Origin: Monocercomonoides exilis PA203 | Taxonomy: Eukaryota > Protista > Preaxostyla | Length of the DNA stretch: 64,000 bases | Direction of reading: 5' to 3' | Assembly: GCA_001643675.2 (NCBI GenBank) | Contig: LSRY02000023.1 | Coordinates: forward strand, 682,001-746,000 | Shown: positions 17,170-30,222 of the stretch, one piece after another | Layout: each line of letters begins with the position of its first letter | Numbering within the stretch: position 1 is the first letter of the stretch | Notes under the pieces: generated by a model | Databases searched by the model: none | Seen by the model: the letters and a program-made list of their open reading frames with translations, nothing else | Told to the model about the DNA's origin: nothing | Made by a program: the position numbers and the translations under genes

Positions 17170-18090
17170 TTCGTAAAAAAAGGCAGTCGGACACCACTCT
17201 TCGGCTGCAAGAGAATTCCAATTTTCAAACCATTAGTCTTGGTCAATGATTGATATGCTTTTATCATTGCATTCGCAAAATTCATTAAAACCAAAACACT
17301 CATCATGCTTTCTTTTGATGATTGCAATGAAGTGACCATGCCTAAATAATCTTGAAGAATGAATGATGCAAGCAAACGAATCAAAAATTGGAGAATCCTC
17401 AAAATGTTATGAACCTTCTTCAAACATTTTATTTGCAGAAGAAGGATCAATAGCAGTGAACTCATCTGAATCTTTATTTGAAAGGATTATTTGAAGAGAA
17501 AAAGGAGGAGGAGAGACCATCGTTTAATTTGTGACATTGTGCTTTAAACATAAAATGTCAGGAAATGAAATAACATTCACTTTATAATAATACTCTTTAT
17601 CTCCTCCATAAGTTTTCATTTTTTATTTCGTTGATCAGAAGATGTTTTTATCGAAGAAAGAAGAAGATTTAATCTGCAAACAACATCTCCTCCTGTTATT
17701 GTCAAACAGAACTTTTCATCTCTTTATTTTTGTTGAACTCTCCCACAATAAACACATTTTCTTTCAGTCAAACTTGGAATGAAAAATTGATTGAAGATAA
17801 CAGTATTTCCATTCGAAAGAAAAGTGATCAAAGTATCAAAAACAACTGAAAATGCTTTCGCCTCATTTTATTCCTCAAAGATAAATATCAGAAAAGTAGT
17901 TTATTAGTTGTTCTTTTCTTTATTGAACTGTTATCCTCCTCCATTCTTAGTCGAAAAAAAATGTGAAAAGTGAATTTTGCATCCGATTAATTTTTGTCGC
18001 CCCTTCTTTCGTGACATTCAAACATGAAAGACATTGACAGATGAAAGAAAAACAACAAACACTTCCTCCATTTTCCAATTTTCTATTTGA
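17170..18090 (-). pseudogene. Decayed USP domain B of the transposon USP family (not shown as a clean ORF in the track)
   Basis: Minus-strand translation gives KLENGGSVCCFSFICQCL, CVYC, FPDILCLKHN and IHSSRLFRHGHFIAIIKRK...ECNDKSI...WFENWNSL...FFYEK, collinear with the copy 1 USP. Confidence 0.75.
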
Positions 18091-19019
18091 ATGAATAACA
18101 CTTTAAACATATGTTTTTGATGATTCCATATCATCGTCTTCTGCATCGAATGATTTCGAATGTTGAAGAGTGTTGAAGACAGAAGATTTATTTTGAAAAG
18201 TTAAATATTTGTTTCTGCATTCGAATAAGAATTTCTGTCTGAAATTGAAATTTTCCTGTGCATAGGCAAATATATGAGAAGAATCAGAAGAAGTTAATGA
18301 TCTTGAAGATTCTGATTGTGAAGTGTTTGATGCATTTGAAGATTGAATAAAACTGTTATTTGATGCAACAGAAGTTTTAATATCAGAATTTTCAAATTCA
18401 ATGTTATAAAAGGTAGTTTGACTCTATCCGATGTTGTTAACTGAGACAATGAATAAGTATGTGTGAATGAATTTTGTTGAGAAATTACATCAACTTGAGA
18501 TGAAATCATTGGTTGAAATAAAAATTTTGTGGGATTTGAGGGGGAATTGTGTGTGATTTGTAAAGTTTTTGTGGTAATTGATGATTGTGATGAAAATAGT
18601 GTGGGATTTGAGGTGAAATTCAGTGTGGATGGTTAAGTTTTTGCAGAAAGTGGAATTTGCATTTTGAAATTGAACTGGATATGATGAAAAGCAAATTTTT
18701 TCTTGATGCAAATTACAAACTTTTCAAAGTTCTAATAATAAATTCATTTTTCGAAAAATTTGTTTACACATTTATTATTAGCTCAATCCTTTTGATAAAA
18801 AGGTATTGTTCTATTTTAATTACAAACCATGTCTTTTTCATTTTGCAATTCGTTGTTTATTATTTCGAATTTGTTGAAAATTTTCCAAAATGTTCCATTG
18901 ATAAATTAAAATGAATTTAAATAAAAGATAAATTTATTTAATAAGTTTATAAAGTGTTAATCCTGATTTCCATCCTTTTATTAAAAAGGATTTCCAATAC
19001 TGATTTTATTTATCGAATG

Positions 19020-19900
19020 CTAGCAGTTACACAACCTAATCGTCACATTCAAAGAAAATGCTTTTTTCGTCAATTAAATGCTTTTTATCCTTCACAATTG
19101 CAATGAAATGTTCATCTTTGAATTTTGATGTTGAATGAATCACAGTTCCACAAAGCTGTTATTTAACTGATATCATATCATTGTCAGAGAAGAATTTCAG
19201 TGCAGTTTTCGCTTTCACAGGATCAAAATAGCAGATATCAAAAGGGCCATTTCCTTTTTCAGCAACAAACAGTTGAGTTGGAGGGGAAATGACAGATGAA
19301 TGTGTCAGATTGTTATGAAACACACACAAAACACTTGGAAAAGCATCAAGCCTGATCCATTTCAATTCAATTCTTCCAGTTGAACATTTTCCACACATTT
19401 GTTTCTGTTGATCCTCCTCCTCTTTGACAACAGAAAAATAAGAATTTAAACCTTCAACAATGTCAGCGTTTGATATTGGCACCTCCAACATTATTCCCCT
19501 TGGCTTTGAAGTCAATTGATTACAAGACTGACATTTCATAAACTTGTGACTATGAAGTTGAAACTTTTTAATAACACCATCATCCTCCTCCAACAATAAC
19601 TCCAGAAATTTTTCATATGTTGAAAGAGAACCTTTAGGTTCCATCAATGGTCCAAAATTATTCTCATGCATCTGAATCATTCTCTTCGTTCCCCAAAAGA
19701 ATTTCTGAAAATCACATCCACTCAAACAATGCAGGACCAATTGAAGCGATTGTTGATCTGTTTAGTTCTTTTTGCTTGAAAAGCTCCTTCCCAAATCCAG
19801 AGATGCAAAACATTGACATAATGAACTGAATGAACAAGTCTTTCCCAGATTCCTCAATCCTCTTTTCGAAATTTTGCATTTGAAGGCACAAGATCTTGAA
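19020..19900 (-). pseudogene. Decayed USP domain A
   Basis: RGLRNLGKTCSFSSLCQCF, CQSC/CGKC, FPSVLCVFHN, then past a stop QLCGTVIHSTSKFKDEHFIAIVK. Confidence 0.8.
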
Positions 19901-20522
19901 CCAACATCACCATCCATCACATAAATCGAAATGCTGTGAACCAATTTCCAAACTGGAATTATCAACTTTTAAATAAGCTGAATGAGTGATTATTTTTGAA
20001 ATCATATTTTTTCATTCAAAATTCTCTGTTTAAAAAATATCACCAATAAATAAATTATTGACAACTGAAAAGTGAAGAGGCTCAATAAGGAGATCCTCTT
20101 CATTGTTTGTGCTTCAGTTTTTGTTTTTAAATAACAGATGTGATAATTAGATGATTTGAATTCAAAATCTTTTCCCAATGAAAAAGAGTTTTGATATTTA
20201 AATTAAGACATATTTATAAAATCTTCTTCATTATTTTAATGATGCGATGTATATATAATAATATTCAAAAAAAATATATATATATATTTATAAGTATTTT
20301 TATTCCTCGAAACAATATTTGCTTTTTCTTTTCGTAAACATGAAACAGAAAGTGAATTGTTTTTTTTTTCATTTATGTTTATTCAATATTTTGTGTTGAA
20401 GTTGATGATGATAATGAAGATGAATTTGGAGTGTCGTTGAGTGAAATGCAATCTTCTGAATCTTCCATATCCATTTCAATTGTTTCAATTTTTTCATTTT
20501 CAGCTCCAAGATATCCAAAATA

Positions 20523-20785
20523 CTATTTGGAAGAATCACGTTGAGAAGAACGTTGTTTCCTTTTCATTGGCGGTGTTCTGTCTGTTGAAATTTCTTTCTT
20601 TTGATCGAAAAAGGATGCTCGAAAAGGCGCTTGTTTAATTTTAAACCCAAACTCTTGGTTTAGTGTCTGCTGAGAGAATTCTTTTGTCTGAATCAACAGC
20701 ATTTCACTTTGTAATTCATAGGAGAGGCTATTAAAAATATGGCTCAACTCTTTGATAGTTCGTTTCAGTGGGTTTTCATATTGCA

Positions 20786-20790
<5 letters not shown>
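20523..20790 (-). pseudogene. N-terminal exon of the USP-transposase family
   Basis: IKELSHIFNSLSYELQSEML...SQQTLNQEFGFKI aligns with copy 1 LEDLSVVYNNAPLHTQTTML...SLSDLLEYGYDV. Confidence 0.6.
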
Positions 20791-20816
<26 letters not shown>

Positions 20817-21128
20817 AGAAAAAGAATATTTTTTAAAAATATAGCAATAATAGAAATAACAAAAATAAATCATTGTTTTAAAAAGATACTCCATTTAATG
20901 ATTTTAATAGACTTTCGAAAAGTTGACTATTAATTTGCGATTGTAGAAAAAATATTTGTTTAACCAGTTCATTGAAAAAAAGAAAAATGTTTCGTTATTA
21001 ATTGATCTGTTATTTTATTCAAGATATACTTATCCTTTTCAATTTTATAAAAATAATTATCTTTTTCAATGCTTTCAAGAATAATAATAGTTTTAGCTCA
21101 CTGATATAAAAAATTTTTCAACAGAATA

Positions 21129-22260
21129 TTATTCATCATCATCTTCTTCTTCAGTGAGAACAATTGCTTTCTTCCTTCTTTCTTCATCTTCAACATCCCA
21201 TTGGCAAACATTTTGAAAATCTGAATCATCTTTTTCTACACTTGATTCATCACTTTCTTCGATTGTTTCTTCCTCACACGGAGACAATTCCGATCGAACA
21301 TGCTTTTGTTTTTCTCCTTCAAACCTTCCTTGAATAAGAGAAAGTGTCTGTTTCCCAGTTGGAACAGACGTGCAAGAATATTTCTTGCTTGTTGTTTGCT
21401 TCTGCCTCCTCTCGAAGGAAACCATCGATTCAATTTCTCTCCATCTTGTCTTTTCTTCTTCGTTGTATGGAGCAGCGAAAATTCTTCCTTCTTCGCTGGT
21501 CCATAAAAGATTTAATTTTAAATCTTTAACCCTCAGCTTCGGTGATATTCTCACCTGAAGCCGAGGGGTGTATGGGAGGAAATGCCAATTGATTGAGGCA
21601 CTTCCTATCTCATCTGTTGATGAGATGAGTCTTTTTTTTAAAAAAAGATTAGATCATTAACAGATGAAATGTCCTCTCGAGATTTCCGCGTTTCTCTCGA
21701 GAGGAACCCAAATTCTACATCCACTTCGCTTTTTCCTTGTCCTTCAGCAAAGAAGGAAAGCGAAGTGGATGAGAATTTTTGAAAAACAGAAGATGAAAGA
21801 TGGAGTACGAAGTGGAGGAATGCTCCATTTCGAAAGTTTAGGCCGCAATCAGCCCACACTTTCAAATAGGTTATTTGTTTGAATTGATTTTTTGTTTTAC
21901 TGAGAACTGTTTCAAGGCAGTCAACTGCGTATCTACTGTCTTTTGATAAAACTGTTGAAAAGAAGTTGAAACAAGATTAATAATGAACGTTGTATTGTGA
22001 TTGATGAATAACAACTCCCAGGTGAGAAAGTTCTTTCTTTTCATAAAAATCTCTGCTTATTTGCGTTTGTTTGATGGGGAGTGTCCAGTTTTGTTTGAAA
22101 TCAAGCAAAACCATTACCTCTCTACATTTCAGCTGATTAACACAATTATGGAAAATATTTCTTTGATAACATGTTGATGATTTCCATCCACCTTATCATT
22201 TTCAATTCTTCAAATACTTCTACGCACTTTAAAAAATTTTCATTGTTCAAAAAATTTTTT
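21129..22260 (-). pseudogene. Sola2-like transposase catalytic region, decayed
   Basis: LLDFKQNWTLPIKQTQISRDFYEKKELSHLG, FFSTVLSKDSRYAVDCLE, WADCGLNFRN, FFAEGQGKSEVDVEFG; contains stops and frameshifts. Confidence 0.85.
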
Positions 22261-23490
22261 CTTTCCATAATTATCAAATTTAATTATAATAAAAATGTTA
22301 TTTATTTTTATATACTATCTTTTCACGTTATCAAAATATTAATAATACTCCCACATCAATTATATAAAAAAAAATTATTCAAAAATTAAACTGACAACTC
22401 ATGTCTCACCTTTTAATCGAAATTTTAAATATGTGAAAAACGAATTATAAAAATACCAATTTCTTTTTCATTAATTAATTTTAATTTCTTATCAAAAAAA
22501 TAAAAAAATTTAAAACTGTTTTACTAAATGTACCAATCATAAACTTTGTTTTGATGAAAACAAAATAATTGTTTTTTCATAATTTATCATTTAAATTCAT
22601 GAAAGTTAAAAAAATTTGTTGATAACGATTAATAACCTTCAGTTTTAAATAATCTTTGAGTTTTCTTTTAAAAATCTAGATATATTACATAAAATTTATT
22701 TTTTAAATGATTTTAATGATTTAAATGAAATTTCATAATAGTCGATTGATCTTTAAATAAATTTTCGTAAAGAATCTTAATAAGATTTTAAATTAAATTC
22801 ACACAAAACTTCAAAAATGGAAATGAAAAATTAATTTTACATTTTTCATATATAATGCATTAAAAATTGAAACAAATGAATTTTAATTTTCAATTTTGTT
22901 TTTTTCTATTGAATAATATAACAGAAAGTCTAAATTGATTGTGTTGATGTGACAATTTTTTTTTAATTTCTATTTAATTTATGTGAAATCTATATTAATC
23001 AATTTATTAATTATTTGTGTGAAAATTTAAGAATTATTAATTTTTGAATAATGAAGTTTATAAAATATAGTGAAACTATTAAAAATAGTGAAATGTGAAC
23101 TTTTATAATTTCAAAAATCTTCTCTGTTGGAATGAAAAATGTATTAAGTTTTAAATTCAATAAGTAAGTGAAAAAAGAAAAGTTGAAAAAAACATTTAGA
23201 TGGAAAACGATTGTTTTGTGAAAAAGTTACAGAAAATTAATAAAAACAATAATGTTTTTTGAAAAATGACAATATTTTTTTTGAAAAGTTCATTTTGTAT
23301 AATTTTCAAATAAAATATAAATTAAATTTATCGATCAAATTCAGGTTCTCAAACACGAAATTTCAAAAAAAAATGAAACAAAATCTTGACAATGTTATTA
23401 TTTCCATTTTAGTGAAGTTTCGTGAGTGAGAATCGATATTTGATCGAAATATGAATTTTTTCTTTTATTCGAAAATAAAACAAAAGGAAC

Positions 23491-24955
23491 GGCAAATGGG
23501 GATCATACGGCCAGTTAAAAAAATGAATTTAAAAATTTGTTATGAAGCATTTAACTGTAACCAACTTCTGATATATCATGTTTGTAACAATGTTGTATCA
23601 AATAATGATGTGAAAAACGAAAAATAAAAAAAAAATTGAAAAAATAAAAATTTGTGGGATTATATTTTTAATCCTCTTGATATTCTGATGCTGATTCTCC
23701 ATCTCCTGCCCCAAACACATCTTCATCTGTATCTTCTGATGATTCTTCAAAAAAAGGTGTGACTGATTCATCTTCTGATTTATCTTCTGGATCTTCATCT
23801 GTTTTTTCAGCCTCTGGAATTGAATACATTATTCTTTTGATGAATGAATCAAATTTCATTTTTTTGGTGTTATGAAACATAAACTCAGCAAGGCGATCGT
23901 CTATATATTTATCTCTCACTCCAGATTTTGGTAAAAAATTCCGAAATCTCGACCATAAGCTCTCTATACTGTTAGTGCAAACTTTTGTGATAGGATCTGC
24001 GAAGTGGTACTTATGACACACAGTTTGATGAATATAGTTATACTCCGGCAAACACTTGTAGACTGGCCATTCGTCCGAATAAATTGTTGTTTTCGGTTTG
24101 ATATTTGATAGGATTAACGGTAATAATGTTCTTTTATTTCTTTTTTCAACTCTTATAATGAAAAATCTGCTCTCTCTTTCATTATCAGCCCTTTCAATTC
24201 CTCCAAATAACCAAATTTGAGGCTTCCTCCTTCCTTTATGATATTTCCTTCTTCTCAGCAGGGCTTCATCGATTTCAACAATTCTCCCCTCCCCTCCAAT
24301 CGCCTCAAAATCTTCAAACAAGAATTTGGCAGAAGATGATCTGCAATGAGAATGCCAAAATGAAACTGTTCTTCTATCAAGATTTAGCAATAAACATGTT
24401 TGCGAGATATTTATTTTCAGACAGTAATACAGAAGAATATGCAATAATTTGTTAAGAGGAATTTTGATGTTGAAAAAGGAAGTGTTGTGAAATATGCTTA
24501 CAGATTTGCCACAATTTGAGCATCGAAACTGTCTTCTTGTTTCAGATCTTTTGTAAACATACATTTTCGATCCGCAATTTGAACAGTTTTCTTCATTCGT
24601 GTTAAGGACGTTGTTGATGATCCAGTCGAATGAACATTCGTTGCATGAAAATATTATGTTCAATTCGTTTATCTCTTGTTTTGAACAGGATATGCTCTTC
24701 AACATCACTTCATAAATCGATTTCAAATGAGTTTTAATATTTGTATTTCTATAAATACTTATTGAATTAATGAATATTTGCACACAAATAATATTTATTA
24801 TTAATGGGTTCATGAAATTTTCAGAATATTCAACATTCGCACTTTTTATATATAAACACAGAAATATGTTAGTATTTCATATCCATTTGACGCGCAATAA
24901 TTGAAAAAAGAAAAAAATTAGTTGATTTCTACTGGTCGTATAATACTCATTTGCC
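23491..24955 (-). mobile_element. Complete Merlin DNA transposon (1465 bp)
   Basis: 25-bp TIRs GGCAAATGGGGATCATACGGCCAGT / GGCAAATGAGTATTATACGACCAGT; perfect 8-bp TSD AAAGGAAC (23483-23490, 24956-24963). Confidence 0.95.
23668..24813 (-). CDS. Merlin/IS1595-like (ISXO2) DDE transposase, intact
   Basis: 381 aa; CxxC...CxxC, IVEIDEA, WLFGGIER, IYSDEW, HQTVCH, TNSIESLWS; acidic tail. Confidence 0.93.
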   Translation of the reverse strand: MNPLIINIICVQIFINSISIYRNTNIKTHLKSIYEVMLKSISCSKQEINELNIIFSCNECSFDWIINNVLNTNEENCSNCGSKMYVYKRSETRRQFRCSNCGKSVSIFHNTSFFNIKIPLNKLLHILLYYCLKINISQTCLLLNLDRRTVSFWHSHCRSSSAKFLFEDFEAIGGEGRIVEIDEALLRRRKYHKGRRKPQIWLFGGIERADNERESRFFIIRVEKRNKRTLLPLILSNIKPKTTIYSDEWPVYKCLPEYNYIHQTVCHKYHFADPITKVCTNSIESLWSRFRNFLPKSGVRDKYIDDRLAEFMFHNTKKMKFDSFIKRIMYSIPEAEKTDEDPEDKSEDESVTPFFEESSEDTDEDVFGAGDGESASEYQED

Positions 24956-25399
24956 AAAGGAACTTTTCAATGAAAATTTTTGACATTCAATAAAAGATCG
25001 CCTTCAATGATAAGAATATTGTTTTTTATTGAATAAAGTTTTCCAGTTTCATTATTGATTATTGGATAACATTCATTCTTTTCAAAAATCCATGAAAAAT
25101 ATCAACTCATCTTTTTCAAATTTTTCTTCTTTTTCGAAAGAACAATTTCTTTAATGAAAGACCATTTTTAAATGATGAATATCAATGTTCAATTCATTGT
25201 CTTTTTATTTCGAGTTTTAATCATATTCTTTCCTTCACCTTTTTTTCCTTTATTTCTGAAACCCTCTCTCACAAATCTCACACAAATCTGTCCTTTTCTT
25301 TCATTTTTAGAAATATTTTGTTTTCTTGCAAAACGCTGAATACGACATTTTTACATCTATTCCTTGTTTCATTTCATAGAAAAATTCTTTCTTCGTCTT

Positions 25400-28210
25400 T
25401 TAAATAATTCTTTTTTCAATCAATGAAAAGACACTTAAACTTTGTCTTTTGCTTTCTGTTTCGAAATAGAAAGTGTTATCAATCAAATATCGACATAACA
25501 TTTTATTTGAGTCAGAACCACCTAATTCAAAAATTGTAATCGTAACAGAAATCAATGAAAGGTGAGAATCAAAAGATTATTTGAAATAACAGACAATAAT
25601 CCAAATCCACCATCACATTCGTTTTTGCCATTGCGTTCTGCAAAAAAACAACTGTGAACAGTGTTTGTTTTTTGATAAAATAGTTTTTTGTATAAATATA
25701 ATATGCAAAATAAAAAAATTTTTTAAATACATACCATTGTCGCAAAAAAAATGAAAAGAATCAACATTAACAAAAATATCAAATTTCAATAATTTTCAAA
25801 TTCATTCTCAAACAAAACGATAATCATGAGATAATATTTCAGAAAAAAAATAAAAACAACATTTTTTTAGAGTTTCAACATTATCAACATAAAAAACAAC
25901 AAAACCCAAATGAGAAATTTGTTGGTTGGAAAAAAAGCTCCTCCCAGTTTCATTGTTTGAAATGGGAAGCAACCAGTTTTCCTTTAAATCCATTTGGATT
26001 ATGACTTCGTTTCTTTTCAATTCATTTTTCGAATCATTTAAAAACTTTCTCTGGACAGTTGCCATTTTCTTATGTTCATTTATCAACTGCATTTCTTCCT
26101 TTTCTTTCTCACACATTTCTTTCATATTTTTCTTTAATTCTTATTCTTTGTTTATTGATGAATCTCCTCTCCCACACGACTCACAAAAGTCCATTCTTTT
26201 CTTTAAGTTTTTGAAGTTTCTAATTTGTTTTTATGTTATAATTGTTAAAGCCTTAAATAAGTTTGATTGTAAAATGATTTTTTTCGGAAATGCTTTTTTT
26301 TCAAGAAAGACAATTCAATCTTATAATTTGACTTTTTTCTCATTTTCATATTTTTTTATTACTAATTAAAAACCCTCAAAACCGAACCAATTTTTGAACA
26401 ATCACATTTGCATTTTACTATAATGTTCAGCAAAGATCTTTATCTCCGCAAATGCATAAAACAATAAACTTTTTCGATACTGTTTTGTTTGATAACAAAA
26501 GTTAAATTATTTTTGTTGGAATTTTGAATTGTGAAAATTCTGTTTTTATCAAAAAAAACATTTGAAAATGATTATTGTTCCATTTTTTCAATAAACCTGA
26601 AACACATTTGATTCAAAAATATATAAAACAAAATTTTTGTTTTATTTGAATTTTCTATCATTTTGATGATGCATTTCATATTATAATTTATTTTACAATT
26701 ATTGAGCTCTTTTGTTTAAACGTTTCAACAAGAAAACTTTTTTCCATTGCTTATTTTATAACTTGCGTACCTCACCATCAATCTTTGATTTCAATTTCAC
26801 TGAAAGATCGGGAATGTTTTTGAACATATCCATTCGAAACGATCTTCCAGTGAGAATTGTTTCATTTCTTCCATAATTTTACTAATGACTCCGTTTGAAT
26901 GCAAGGCAGCTTTAAAGTTGATTCCTGATTTTTCCATTTTGTCAAATAATACAATGCATTTGAAGCACGCTGATCAATCCTGTTCCTTTGTATTTCTGTA
27001 ATATCTTGAAATTCCTTCAATAAGTCCTGTGTTTTTGTCATTCCTCATTTGAAATTTAGAAAAATAGTTGTCACAAGTTTGAATCCACATTTTTGAAATC
27101 ACCAATTCATCGTCTTCTTTCTTCTTTTCTGCATTCTCACAATTCTCATAAATAATCTTTTCTTCACATTTTGTGCTTTGAGAGAACCTAAAATAATCAA
27201 AATTCTCAATCTCACTCAATAAATGATGTCTCTCGATTCTTTCAAGAAACAAAAGCACAACACTTTTATTCAATTTCTTTTCTTCAATAAATTTCAAATC
27301 AAAATCAAAATATTCTTTTCCATAATTTGAAAAACTCCCTTTATTGTTGGATTCTTCGAAAAAATCATTATCTTTTTAAATTCTTTGATTATTTCATCTT
27401 AATTGCTTATTTCAATTTTTGCGAATTCTTCTGTTGAGGGAATAACTTCTAAAACCTTTCTAAAATAACAAAATGCACATCTGATTTTAATCCTTTCATT
27501 GACAAGGTTTGTATTCAATAATATATTCTTGTTTTGTTTTTTCAGTTTGATAAAATTTATTTGGTAAATATTTTTGTTGATGAGCGTTTTTCAAATTTGA
27601 ACTATTCTTTTCATGATATTTTGTTTTGAAATTAACAAATTATTCATGTTTTCGTTTCTCAAATTTTCTTATTTTTTTAATTTCCTTTATTTTTTTAAAA
27701 AAACAAGCATTGTCACAAGATTGCTTCTTTAAATCTTCTTTTCGTTCTTCTTCAATGGTGTTTCCTGAAACTGATGTTAAAGGCTCTTCTTCATTGAAAA
27801 TTATTCACAGTTATTTAATTATCACACTTGTTTTTTTCCTTCTTGAGTTTTCGCAGCTGCAAGAACTGAGGTTAAAAAGCCAGCTTTCTGCGGTTCAATA
27901 CTTTTTTTCATCTAAAAAAATAAATAAATAAAATGTTACCAAATCAAATTATATTTTTTATTGATAAAACGATTACAAAAATAAAAAAACCACAAATTGA
28001 AAGAACATCTTTATGACTATTGGATAAAGCTGAAAGTGCTGGGGTTTTGTTTTTCTTTAACGAATAGTATAATTCACCAGGAAAAATGCCTCAGCCGTTT
28101 TGGTTCAATTCCTTCAGAGAAAAAGAAGAAAAGACACATCAAAAAATATTAACCTAAATGTATTTGGAACTTCTTTCAAGAAATTTTCCTTAATTCCATA
28201 ATTAATTTCA
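25400..28210 (-). pseudogene. Decayed full-length copy of the Sola2-like transposase family (copy 3)
   Basis: N-terminal SSFSLKELNQNG..GELYY (about 28.1 kb), ESWLFNLSS (about 27.9 kb), KRMDFCESC, MDLKENWLLPI, FFSEILSHDYRFV, FFCDNG, FFAERNGKNECDGGFG; the roughly 1.5-kb middle is too decayed to confirm as USP. Confidence 0.8.
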
Positions 28211-28261
28211 TTATTCAGAAAAAAATATTCAGCAATAAAAAATACAAAAAATCAAATAACC

Positions 28262-28518
28262 TGTGGTTATTTTTGAAATCATAACTTTTTTCGGGGAGCT
28301 TATTTTTCAAATTATGTTTGAATTTGGAAAAAGATTTTGTATTTGAATGCTGAATTAAACACAAATGTGTAATAGACAAATGTTATTGCTCAAATAAAGA
28401 TGATGATGTCATTTGTTAGTGTTTTCATTTTTCAGTATTCTTTTTTTTTATGTTCAAGTTAAATTTTTGAACCGAAAATTTTTGAGAGAAAAAATATACT
28501 TTCAAAAAAAAATCACAC
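28262..28518. mobile_element. Degenerate GRGTGA-type MITE
   Basis: TGTGGTTATTTTTGAAATC ... TTCAAAAAAAAATCACAC, about 257 bp. Confidence 0.35.
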
Positions 28519-28729
28519 ATTTATTTTTCCAATGAAAAATTGTTCATTTCGAATTATCTCTTTATATTTTTTTTCATATTTGAAAGACAAAAAGAATTGC
28601 AATCTTTTTTCCACCGCTTTTTCTCGTCAGTCATTTTTATTAAGTTCGGAACATATCTTCTTCCAACATTTTAAAAATTACACATTTTTTCCCTAATCTT
28701 GTCTCTTGCAACTTCAAATGTCATTATTT

Positions 28730-29397
28730 TTAGATTGAAAAATCATCTTCAACAATTGTTCGTTTCATCCAGACAAGAAAGAATAACAGAATATGAAAAT
28801 GTTGGTGTTGTTGTTGATTGCACTGTCATTCCATTTGATTACCCAGGAGGAAAATTGGAGAATGGAAAAATAATATTATCGTGGAAAACATCATGTGTAT
28901 AGCGAAAATCGGAGGTGGGTGTCAATCCCAGATTGTTAACAGTCAGCACTGTAAGTTCTGTGTACACAGGTCCAACTCATGACTTAACCATATTTAAGGA
29001 TCATTATCCAACTTTCCAATATAAACTTGGAGGAGCAAAAATTCTGGCAGATTCAGCATTCATCGGTGCAAAGCCCAACCTAGAAGCAATTATAGCAAAA
29101 CCTCTTGTTACTCCAGAGTTGGCATCTCTTAGAGTAGTGGTTGAAAGATTTTTTGGAATGTTGAAAAATTTGTTCACAATTTTTCGTCGTCCTTTTGTTT
29201 TTGATGAATCAAAAGTTTCTGATCATTTTTTTGTCGCCTGTTGCCTCACAAATTTTCATATACTACATAATCCACTCACAATGAGAGATTCAGAAGCAAA
29301 CACTCGAATTTCAAATGATATTTTGAGAGAAAATGCCGAAAGGAAAGAAGCAAAAAGAAGAGCGAATGAAAGATACATGACCAAATTGAAGAATTGA
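28730..29397 (+). pseudogene. PIF/Harbinger-like DDE_Tnp_4 nuclease relic
   Basis: VVDCTVIP, TGPTHDLTIF, ILADSAFIG, RVVVERFFGMLK, ACCLTNFH; frameshifted near 28870-28915. Confidence 0.8.
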
Positions 29398-30191
29398 CTC
29401 AATCCTGGAACTTCCATTGAATTCAGCATTTCTATTAATGTCAATGAAATAAGAGTCTCGCCTTTCGATAAATTTTTTTAATGAATAAAAATAATTATTT
29501 ATGAAAATTTTGAAAACAATTTTCATAAAATCATTTATGTTTATTATGATTATCATGTTTCAGATTTGTTTGATTTACAGAGGCAGCTTGAGAAAGAAAG
29601 AAGAATAAATGAAGTTCAGAAAATCGCAAACAAAGGAAACAAAAGAAGAGCAGAAATTTTGGACAAAAGAGGACAAAACCAGATAAGGAAAAACAAATAC
29701 CAGATTGTTTCCACTCTTAACATCTTCCGATGCAATGGGGCTCTGTAAATCTTTATTCAGATGCTTTTATAAATATTTTATCTTCGCAATCGATATCTTC
29801 ATCTTCTCCATCATCATCATTATTATTATAATTATCATCATCATCGTCGTTGTCGTCGTTGTCGTCTCCACATTTTGAAACAATTCAATCTTCTGATTTT
29901 TCAACCTTGGCAGATTCGTCAATATCAGATTCTTTTCAATCAACATCAACATTATTAATTTCACATCAATTCGTTCACTGAATCCAACTTCTTCAAATCA
30001 ATAAACCTTCAAATTTCAGATCGGCTCACAAAATGAAAGAAACTTTTTTTAATTTTCATATTCATTTGTTAATCAATCAAAAGAAGAAAGCAATTAGCTG
30101 TGTATTTATTCCATTAACTCCATTGAATCAGAATAGACAGTCGATTCAATTCATAGATTTTTTCACTTTTTAAATTATAATTGAAATTATA

Positions 30192-30222
<31 letters not shown>

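Noticed and set aside
23668-24813. Bacterial IS1595 contamination
   Set aside because: It sits with a TSD in intron-containing eukaryotic DNA, and a paralogue has a spliceosomal intron.
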